This document shows positions 1 to 4,320 of a stretch of 19,905 nucleotides of DNA, in pieces. Numbering within the stretch: position 1 is the stretch's first letter; the number at the start of each line of letters is the position of its first letter. A program made the position numbers and the translations under genes. The notes under the pieces were generated by a model that saw only the letters and a list, made by a program, of their open reading frames with translations, was not told where the DNA came from and did not search any database. Source of the stretch: a virus (lineage: Duplodnaviria; Heunggongvirae; Uroviricota; Caudoviricetes); the IMG/VR virus record IMGVR_UViG_3300022932_000016, positions 1 to 19,905 of that record. One strand, written 5' to 3'.

Positions 1-269
1 GCAGGTCGCAATACGACTTCTTTGCTCTTTTCACCGCTCTTTGTCGCAATATGAAAGAACTCATCGGTTTGAGTGATGAGTTCTACTTTAAGCAGACGGT
101 TAACGAGCTGCTTAACTGTACCTTGTACGAAGCCAGATCGTGTGCTGATTGTTCCGATGGTAGACCGTGGATCAGTTGCTATAAGAAGTATAGCAAGTCG
201 TTCATCAGAAACGAGGTCTTTGAACCTACTGTCGCTGAAGAACCAAGTGTCTACCGTTGTTTTACTCAT
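1..269 (-). CDS. Partial CDS running off the window; N-terminal winged-helix-like protein, possibly a replication initiator or regulator
   Basis: My translation: MSKTTVDTWFFSDSRFKDLVSDERLAILLIATDPRSTIGTISTRSGFVQGTVKQLVNRLLKVELITQTDEFFHI..., open to the edge. TGnTACAAT lies 6 nt upstream of the ATG. The MarR/wHTH-like pattern is recognised by eye only. Confidence 0.6.
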   Translation of the reverse strand, partial: MSKTTVDTWFFSDSRFKDLVSDERLAILLIATDPRSTIGTISTRSGFVQGTVKQLVNRLLKVELITQTDEFFHIATKSGEKSKEVVLRP

Positions 270-307
270 GGCTTGATTGTAGCACATGAGCCTCTGTTAT
301 CAATGGG

Positions 308-535
308 TTAAATACCGATTGCGTTTTTGAGTGCTGGTCGGTCGAAACCGCGCACAATAGTGTCACCGATGACGGTCACAGGGACACCGCTACCGACGTT
401 GAGAGATTCAAACTCTTTCATCGCTGCTTCGTCTTCGTCAATCATCTTTGATTCGTATGCAACCCCGAGAGAGTCGAGCCATTGCTTTTCTGTTTTACAG
501 AATGCGCACCATGCAGTGCTATAAATTGTTACCAT
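308..535 (-). CDS. nrdH: NrdH-like glutaredoxin (75 aa)
   Basis: VTIYSTAWCAFC (CxxC), GVPVTVIG (cis-Pro) and GFD motifs. AGGAG precedes the ATG at 535. Confidence 0.85.
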   Translation of the reverse strand: MVTIYSTAWCAFCKTEKQWLDSLGVAYESKMIDEDEAAMKEFESLNVGSGVPVTVIGDTIVRGFDRPALKNAIGI

Positions 536-536
536 A

Positions 537-704
537 TTACTCCTGACCGAGAATGATGTTATCGTTAAGTGCAATTTCACCCAGCATACGGACTTCGGCT
601 TCGGTTACTAGACGTTCACCGTCTACTCCCCAAAGTTCGGGGTCCATAATGCGAGCGTAAACCGTTGGGCTTACTTCTGGGTTAAGACCTTCGAAGCCCG
701 CCAT
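537..704 (-). CDS. Hypothetical protein (55 aa, MAGFEGLNPE...)
   Basis: Start chosen at the TGATG overlap with the upstream gene; the stop lies 1 nt before the nrdH ATG. Confidence 0.6.
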   Translation of the reverse strand: MAGFEGLNPEVSPTVYARIMDPELWGVDGERLVTEAEVRMLGEIALNDNIILGQE

Positions 705-889
705 CACTGACAGCCTTCGCACATCAGAGCGTCTGATGGGTCAATAGGGGCTGCAACTCGACCTTGCGCTTTGGCTGTATTATCAGCTGTAGCTTGGGCA
801 TTTGCCATAGCAGCGTCGATAGCGGCCAGCTTTTCTTCTAGTGTCATTGTGTCGTTGATGAGTGTTGTTGCGTTCATTTGTTGCCCCAT
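704..889 (-). CDS. Small Ala-rich helical protein ending in CxxCQ
   Basis: ORF track protein ending ...APIDPSDALMCEGCQ, tightly coupled to the next two genes. Confidence 0.7.
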   Translation of the reverse strand: MGQQMNATTLINDTMTLEEKLAAIDAAMANAQATADNTAKAQGRVAAPIDPSDALMCEGCQ

Positions 890-952
890 TTTTAGTGTAA
901 ATAATAAGCACCTCTGTTCGAGTGCTTGGTTGTTCTGTACTTAGTATAACGG

Positions 953-984
953 GATTTGTCACGACACATTCCAAGTGACAAATC
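953..984. other. Perfect 10-bp inverted repeat at the distal end of the tRNA array
   Basis: GATTTGTCAC (953-962) / GTGACAAATC (975-984). No U-tract on either strand, so a processing or stability hairpin is more likely than an intrinsic terminator. Confidence 0.5.
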
Positions 985-995
985 AAATAAAATCT

Positions 996-1068
996 TGGTT
1001 CTCACGCTAGGACTCGCACCCAGATAATCGGTTCCAAAGACCGAGGTCCTACTTTAGACGACACGAGA
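996..1068 (-). tRNA. trnQ: tRNA-Gln(UUG)
   Basis: Acceptor TCTCGTG/CGTGAGA, anticodon arm TCGGT CTTTGGA ACCGA, variant T-loop TGCGAGT, encoded CCA. Confidence 0.9.
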
Positions 1069-1071
1069 TTA

Positions 1072-1147
1072 TGGGGTAAAAGATGAGAATTGAACTCACG
1101 TTATCGGCACCACAAGCCGACGTTCTAACCATTGAACTACTTTCACC
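1072..1147 (-). tRNA. trnH: tRNA-His(GUG)
   Basis: G-1:C73, anticodon arm TCGGC TTGTGGT GCCGA, T-loop TTCAATT, CCA. Confidence 0.93.
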
Positions 1148-1152
1148 ACGCT

Positions 1153-1216
1153 TGGCTCTGCACACGGGTTGCAACGTCATTGGGGAGATATCATGCCCTT
1201 TGACACATGTGCAGAG
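1153..1216 (-). ncRNA. CCA-ended tRNA-like RNA A (64 nt, no anticodon arm)
   Basis: CTCTGCACA/TGTGCAGAG terminal stem followed by CCA, D-arm-like GTGT CAAAGG GCAT and a degenerate T-arm ACG TTGCAACC CGT. Sits between tRNA-Ser and tRNA-His with 2- and 5-nt spacers. Confidence 0.6.
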
Positions 1217-1218
1217 TT

Positions 1219-1302
1219 TGGCGGAAGATTGGATAATCGAAAACCATGCTTTCACACTCATCGCTTAGCGGGCGAGTCCAGTACCTTACTGGTTAATCTT
1301 CC
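1219..1302 (-). tRNA. trnS: tRNA-Ser(GCU), atypical (C33)
   Basis: Acceptor GGAAGAT/ATCTTCC, loop CC-GCT-AA, variable arm with GAAA loop, T-loop TTCGATT, G73, CCA. Confidence 0.85.
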
Positions 1303-1305
1303 ATG

Positions 1306-1393
<88 letters not shown>

Positions 1394-1402
1394 ACATTTT
1401 TT

Positions 1403-1490
1403 TGGTCGGTCTAGCTAGATTCGAACTAGCACGAGGTGTTAACCTCCGCAGGGTTTAAGCCTGCTATGTCTACCATTCCATCATAGACCG
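1403..1490 (-). tRNA. trnL: tRNA-Leu(UAA)
   Basis: GCAGG CTTAAAC CCTGC, long variable arm, TTCGAAT, A73, CCA. Confidence 0.95.
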
Positions 1491-1495
1491 TTATT

Positions 1496-1582
1496 TGGTA
1501 CCGAAGGCGGGACTCGAACCCGCAAACTCTTTCGAGCACTGGTTCCTAAGACCAGCGTGTCTACCAATTCCACCACTTCGGC
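1496..1582 (-). tRNA. trnL: tRNA-Leu(UAG)
   Basis: GCCGAAGTGGTGGAATTGGTAGAC start, CTGGT CTTAGGA ACCAG, TTCGAGT, CCA. Confidence 0.96.
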
Positions 1583-1587
1583 ATATT

Positions 1588-1672
1588 TGGTGTGCTTACT
1601 CAGATTTGAACTGAGATGAGATTAACTCGGTAGCTTTTGAAACTACTGCGTATACCGTTCCGCCATAAGCAC
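1588..1672 (-). tRNA. trnL: tRNA-Leu(CAA)
   Basis: GTAGT TTCAAAA GCTAC, variable arm, TTCAAAT, CCA. Confidence 0.93.
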
Positions 1673-1677
1673 ATATT

Positions 1678-1752
1678 TGGAGAAACGTATCAGATTTGCA
1701 CTGATGTAAAACGGGTTTGCAATCCGTTGCGTAGCTGCTCCGCCAACGCTTC
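1678..1752 (-). tRNA. trnC: tRNA-Cys(GCA)
   Basis: ACGGA TTGCAAA CCCGT, U73, variant T-loop TGCAAAT, CCA. Confidence 0.9.
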
Positions 1753-1757
1753 ATATT

Positions 1758-1873
1758 TGGCACCCCCGCAAACCTTTAGGGTGAGCTAACAAGTGTTTTT
1801 TATAACGCGTATGTTGCACTTGCTTGCCTGCGTATCTACTCAGGTAATTAAGCTGAGCACTACAAACGGGGGT
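1758..1873 (-). ncRNA. CCA-ended non-cloverleaf RNA C (116 nt)
   Basis: 8-bp terminal stem ACCCCCGT/GCGGGGGT + G + CCA. Hairpins GCTCAG/CTGAGT, AGCAAGTG/CACTTGTT and ACC-CTAAA-GGT. Flanked by 5-nt AATAT spacers like the neighbouring tRNAs. Confidence 0.65.
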
Positions 1874-1878
1874 ATATT

Positions 1879-1949
1879 TGGTGAAGTAGGACGGAATCGA
1901 ACCATCGCCTTTTGATTTACAGTCAATCGGGTGCCCTGCACACTACAAC
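1879..1949 (-). tRNA. trnY: tRNA-Tyr(GUA), degenerate, short variable loop
   Basis: TTGA CTGTAAA TCAA, T-loop TTCGATT, CCA. Two T-T mismatches in the acceptor stem and a shrunken D-arm. Confidence 0.7.
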
Positions 1950-1954
1950 ATATT

Positions 1955-2031
1955 TGGTGGTTTCGGTCTGAATTGAACAGACGACCCCCTGTTCTTCAAA
2001 CAGGTGCTCTAACCAACTGAGCTACAAAACC
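1955..2031 (-). tRNA. trnF: tRNA-Phe(GAA)
   Basis: CCTGT TTGAAGA ACAGG, canonical D- and T-arms, CCA. Confidence 0.96.
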
Positions 2032-2075
2032 AAGTCGTACCTATCAGTTATAGACTATAGGTAAGTCTGTCTTGT

Positions 2076-2156
2076 TCGGGGAGCCAGGAGTTGAACCTGG
2101 GCATCGGGACTATATTACTCAGCTGCCCGCAGCACTATCGTTATGCTTACTCCCCG
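2076..2156 (-). tRNA. tRNA-like gene with a Pro-type acceptor, a 17-nt anticodon loop and no encoded CCA
   Basis: Perfect acceptor CGGGGAG/CTCCCCG + A73, D-arm AGCA/TGCT, T-arm CCAGG TTCAACT CCTGG. Anticodon stem CGGG/CCCG encloses CAGCTGAGTAATATAGT. Confidence 0.7.
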
Positions 2157-2161
2157 TTATA

Positions 2162-2236
2162 TGGTCAGTCCAGTAGGGTTCGAACCTACGGTCTCTTACT
2201 CCCAAAGCAAGCGTGATACCACTTCACTATAGACTG
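2162..2236 (-). tRNA. trnP: tRNA-Pro(UGG)
   Basis: C1-G72, CTTGC TTTGGGA GTAAG, TTCGAAC, CCA. Confidence 0.95.
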
Positions 2237-2241
2237 AAACT

Positions 2242-2316
2242 TGGCTCTAGATATTGGAATCGAACCAATCGCCTTCTCCTTAACAGGGAGCTGCCCTACC
2301 GATGGGCCGATCTAGA
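2242..2316 (-). tRNA. trnN: tRNA-Asn(GUU)
   Basis: CTCC CTGTTAA GGAG, G73, TTCGATT, CCA. Confidence 0.95.
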
Positions 2317-2321
2317 TTATT

Positions 2322-2396
2322 TGGCGCGACCAGCGAGAATTGAACTCGCGACTCTACCGTGACAGGGTAATATATTAACCACTATACTATGATCGC
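2322..2396 (-). tRNA. trnD: tRNA-Asp(GUC)
   Basis: TTACC CTGTCAC GGTAG, G73, TTCAATT, CCA. Confidence 0.95.
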
Positions 2397-2401
2397 AGAT
2401 T

Positions 2402-2484
2402 TGGCACACGTACACAGATTCGAACTGCTTAGCTTTCGCACAGGTTTTGGAGACCTGTTCCCATCGCCACTAGGGAGTACATGT
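2402..2484 (-). tRNA. trnW: tRNA-Trp(CCA) with an enlarged variable region
   Basis: CAGGT CTCCAAA ACCTG, variable region TGCGAAAGCTA, TTCGAAT, G73, CCA; 83 nt. Confidence 0.88.
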
Positions 2485-2489
2485 ATATT

Positions 2490-2845
2490 TGGGTGCTGGG
2501 TTTTGTTGATTTGTTACCAGCGTCTCGGTCAAGGTTAGCCCGCATCACGCGTGACTATCCTTGTCGAACCGATCAGACCTTTCATCGGTAGTCTGAATGA
2601 GCCTTATACTCTAGAGTCGCTTATCTCTCTTGAGCAGGGTGCGCTGAACGCTCCATAGGTCGGCAGACCTGTCGTACAACCATATTCGAGGGATAGGAGT
2701 GTATGCCCCAGCTTAATCTATCGCTCTTTGCAATAGACCCTCTGTTAACTCGACCACGCGCTACCCATCTCGGTTTCAAGCGTCGTCACAGAGTTTCACT
2801 CTCCGTTTGCAGCTATACCGAGCCAAAGCCTTGTCCGTCGGTTTA
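2490..2845 (-). ncRNA. Large structured RNA D (about 350 nt, 5' end approximate) ending in CCA
   Basis: No long ORF. Many stems, including CTCGGT/ACCGAG, GGGT(A)GCGC/GCGCACCC, TCTATTGC/GCGATAGA, AGGTC/GACCT, TCAGAC/GTCTGA and CAAGG-TAGTC-CGC/GCG-GGCTA-CCTTG. The 3' end ...CCCAGCAC-CCA lies 5 nt before tRNA-Trp. Confidence 0.7.
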
Positions 2846-2851
2846 ATTGTT

Positions 2852-2887
2852 AAAAAAAGACACCTACTTTTTTGGGTAGATGTCTTT
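2852..2887 (-). terminator. Intrinsic terminator of attenuator 2
   Basis: 12-bp stem AAAGACATCTAC/GTAGGTGTCTTT with an 8-nt loop, running into a U-tract. Confidence 0.85.
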
Positions 2888-2938
2888 CGTTGTTTTTGTT
2901 TTCAAATCTTCTTATGAAGAAAACGACAAGACACCTAC
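2876..2938 (-). promoter_or_regulatory. Antiterminator of attenuator 2
   Basis: GTAGGTGTCTT-G-TCGTT (in the last codons of the leader ORF) pairs with AACGA-AAGACATCTAC, the 5' arm of the terminator: 16 bp, mutually exclusive with the terminator. Confidence 0.8.
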
Positions 2939-3004
2939 ACTAAATTGATCTGGGCAATTTGACCAGAGCTGTGAGAGTAGTGAGTGACTATATAATGTCT
3001 TCAT
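2912..3004 (-). CDS. Leaderless attenuator leader peptide 2 (30 aa)
   Basis: MKTLYSHSLLSQLWSNCPDQFSVGVLSFSS*. The ATG is 6 nt after TATAAT and the ORF overlaps the antiterminator. Confidence 0.8.
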   Translation of the reverse strand: MKTLYSHSLLSQLWSNCPDQFSVGVLSFSS

Positions 3005-3010
3005 AATTTC

Positions 3011-3040
3011 ATTATACCATAAAAATAAATGGCAGTGCAA
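3011..3040 (-). promoter_or_regulatory. Sigma70-type promoter of tRNA unit 2
   Basis: TTGCAC-N18-TATAAT with an extended -10 (TGgTATAAT). Confidence 0.8.
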
Positions 3041-3055
3041 TAGATTTAATAATTT

Positions 3056-3130
3056 TGGTCACCCATACCAGAGTTGAACTGGTCTTGCATGATTGAAAAT
3101 CATGTGTCCTAACCGATAGACGAATGGGCG
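3056..3130 (-). tRNA. trnE: tRNA-Glu(UUC)
   Basis: CATGA TTTTCAA TCATG, TTCAACT, CCA. Confidence 0.94.
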
Positions 3131-3135
3131 ATATG

Positions 3136-3212
3136 TGGTGAAACCGATAGGGATCGAACCTATGACACCCTGATTAAGAGTCAGGTGCTCTAACCAACTG
3201 AGCTACGGTTCC
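3136..3212 (-). tRNA. trnK: tRNA-Lys(CUU)
   Basis: CCTGA CTCTTAA TCAGG, canonical arms, CCA. Confidence 0.96.
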
Positions 3213-3309
3213 GTATCGTGAGAAGGTGCTACGAGAAGTTTCGGCTCATACGTCCATGCAATTCCTGCCTGGTTTGACCTCGTAATCATACTTGCTACCA
3301 ACATGTATT
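3213..3309 (-). ncRNA. Structured 97-nt spacer element E
   Basis: TACGAG/CTCGTA stem enclosing the hairpin CCA-G-GCA GGAAT TGC-A-TGG; much longer than the usual 2-8 nt spacers. Confidence 0.35.
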
Positions 3310-3385
3310 TGGTGGAGTTGCAGAGAATCGAACTCTGGTGAAGACGTTGCAAACGTCCCATAATAAACCGTTATATGACAACCCC
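3310..3385 (-). tRNA. trnA: tRNA-Ala(UGC)
   Basis: G3-U70, GGACG TTTGCAA CGTCT, TTCGATT, ACCA. Confidence 0.95.
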
Positions 3386-3393
3386 GAATTGTT

Positions 3394-3469
3394 TGGTAGT
3401 TCCCGCTGGACTTGAACCAGCACCAGCTTCGTTAGAACCGAAGTGCCCTATCCATTAGACCAGAGAACC
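3394..3469 (-). tRNA. trnR: tRNA-Arg(UCU)
   Basis: CTTCG GTTCTAA CGAAG, TTCAAGT, CCA. Confidence 0.93.
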
Positions 3470-3697
3470 TTATATTTCTGCTTTGAGGTATTTATCGAGC
3501 AGGTCGTTGACTTGAGTAATGTGAATCATACCAGCTTGTTTCACAGCTATTTCACCAAAGTGTCTGCGTAGTACTTCAAAACCCTGTTCGAGTGCTTGCG
3601 TTTCTTCTTCAATGATGTCGCGAGTTAGGTCATGCACTAGACTTTCAGCTTGTCGTTTGACTAAGTTTGGGTCTGGGTCTTTGCGGTATGCTTCCAT
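3470..3697 (-). CDS. Hypothetical protein (75 aa) inserted in the tRNA array
   Basis: MEAYRKDPDPNLVKRQAESLV..., TATAAT (3704-3709) 6 nt before the ATG, stop abutting tRNA-Arg. Confidence 0.7.
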   Translation of the reverse strand: MEAYRKDPDPNLVKRQAESLVHDLTRDIIEEETQALEQGFEVLRRHFGEIAVKQAGMIHITQVNDLLDKYLKAEI

Positions 3698-3713
3698 ACT
3701 CTCATTATACGTA

Positions 3714-3788
3714 TGGTGCGGGTACACAGAATCGAACTGTGATCCCCTGATTGGAAGTCAGGTATATTAGCCGTTATACTATACCCGC
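3714..3788 (-). tRNA. trnG: tRNA-Gly(UCC)
   Basis: CCTGA CTTCCAA TCAGG, TTCGATT, A73, CCA. Confidence 0.94.
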
Positions 3789-3795
3789 ATTGATT

Positions 3796-3873
3796 TGGAG
3801 CCCCTCACGGAGTCGAACCGTTCTTCGTACCTACCACGGTACGCGTGCTAACCAGCGTTACACTAATTGGGGC
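3796..3873 (-). tRNA. Aberrant tRNA-Thr(GGU)-like gene with an 8-nt anticodon loop
   Basis: GCCCC/GGGGC acceptor with distal mismatches, D-arm GTGT/GCAC, CGTAC CGTGGTAG GTACG, 4-bp T-stem with TTCGACT, CCA. Confidence 0.65.
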
Positions 3874-3876
3874 GTA

Positions 3877-3950
3877 TGGGGCCGCCACTCGGTACTGCCC
3901 CGAGGTCGATAGTTTACAAAACTACTACTCTACTATTGAGCTATAGCGGC
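3877..3950 (-). tRNA. trnT: tRNA-Thr(UGU)
   Basis: GTAGT TTTGTAA ACTAT, variant T-loop GGCAGTA, D-loop AATAGTA, CCA. Confidence 0.9.
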
Positions 3951-3957
3951 ACGTTCT

Positions 3958-4033
3958 TGGTAGTCCCAGAAGGAATTGCACCCTCGACACCTTGTTCCGA
4001 AGACAAGTGCTCTATCTGCTGAGCTATGGGACT
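3958..4033 (-). tRNA. trnR: tRNA-Arg(UCG)
   Basis: CTTGT CTTCGGA ACAAG, variant T-loop TGCAATT, CCA. Confidence 0.92.
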
Positions 4034-4036
4034 ATA

Positions 4037-4140
4037 TGGTGCACGGGGGTAGCTTTAGGCTACCTCTATTCTAATAACGCTTTGGTGCACCTCTACGCTT
4101 TCGATTCTCGAGCCACGTTGCAACGATGTGCTCTCCGTAC
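4037..4140 (-). ncRNA. CCA-ended non-cloverleaf RNA B (104 nt)
   Basis: Terminal stem GTACGG/CCGTGC + A + CCA, 3' hairpin GGTAGC-CTAAA-GCTACC, 5' hairpin GAGC...CGTTGCAACG...GCTC, flanked by 5- and 3-nt spacers. Confidence 0.65.
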
Positions 4141-4145
4141 TAATT

Positions 4146-4230
4146 TGGTTGCGGGGACGGGATTCGAACCCGTGTATCTTGCGACAAAGGGATATGAGCC
4201 CTCCGAGAATGACCACTTCTCAACCCCGCT
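4146..4230 (-). tRNA. trnfM: Initiator-type tRNA-Met(CAU) with a long variable arm
   Basis: 1:72 mismatch (A-A), three G-C pairs GGG/CCC in the anticodon stem, loop CTCATAT, variable arm TGTC-GCAA-GATA, ACCA; 85 nt. Confidence 0.9.
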
Positions 4231-4235
4231 ATATG

Positions 4236-4312
4236 TGGTCGTCCCTCTAAGATTCGAACTTAGGACCTCCTGTGTGTAAAACAGGTGCTCTAGCCAATTG
4301 AGCTAAGGGACG
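4236..4312 (-). tRNA. trnV: tRNA-Val(UAC)
   Basis: CCTGT TTTACAC ACAGG, TTCGAAT, ACCA. Confidence 0.96.
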
Positions 4313-4320
4313 TTATTGTT

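Noticed and set aside
51-311. Plus-strand ORFs 51-311, 73-276 and 327-524
   Set aside because: They are antisense shadows of better-supported minus-strand genes; the same applies to the many short antisense ORFs over RecT, YqaJ, PNK, GT4 and others.
1758-1873. tRNA-Sec
   Set aside because: It has an 8-bp acceptor and G73, but no UCA anticodon loop and no T-arm.
2032-2075. Hairpin ACCTAT-AGT/ACT-ATAGGT between tRNA-Phe and the Pro-like gene
   Set aside because: It is a single small hairpin with no U-tract or CCA end, too little to call a feature. It may relate to processing of the CCA-less gene.
2780-2815. c-di-GMP-I riboswitch
   Set aside because: GCAAAC...GAAA...GTGAC resembles its P2, but the GCAAAG junction and ligand-binding positions are not present.
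2490-2850. tmRNA
   Set aside because: The size and CCA end fit, but there is no T-loop before the 3' end, no G3-U70 acceptor, no GGGG..GGATTCGAC 5' end and no tag-like reading frame.
2490-2850. RNase P RNA or group I intron
   Set aside because: ACAAAACCCAGC resembles RNase P CR-V, but the GAGGAAAGUC element is absent. GACTA/TAGTC resembles P7, but there is no room for P3' and P8, TAGTC pairs locally, and no split exon flanks it.
2852-3004. T-box riboswitch
   Set aside because: There is no AAGGTGGNACC T-box, UGGN antiterminator bulge or specifier stem; the translated leader explains the switch better.
3225-3290. Canonical hammerhead ribozyme
   Set aside because: The core reads CGTATGA rather than CTGANGA, stem II is nearly absent and stem I does not close. 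Kept only as an unidentified structure.
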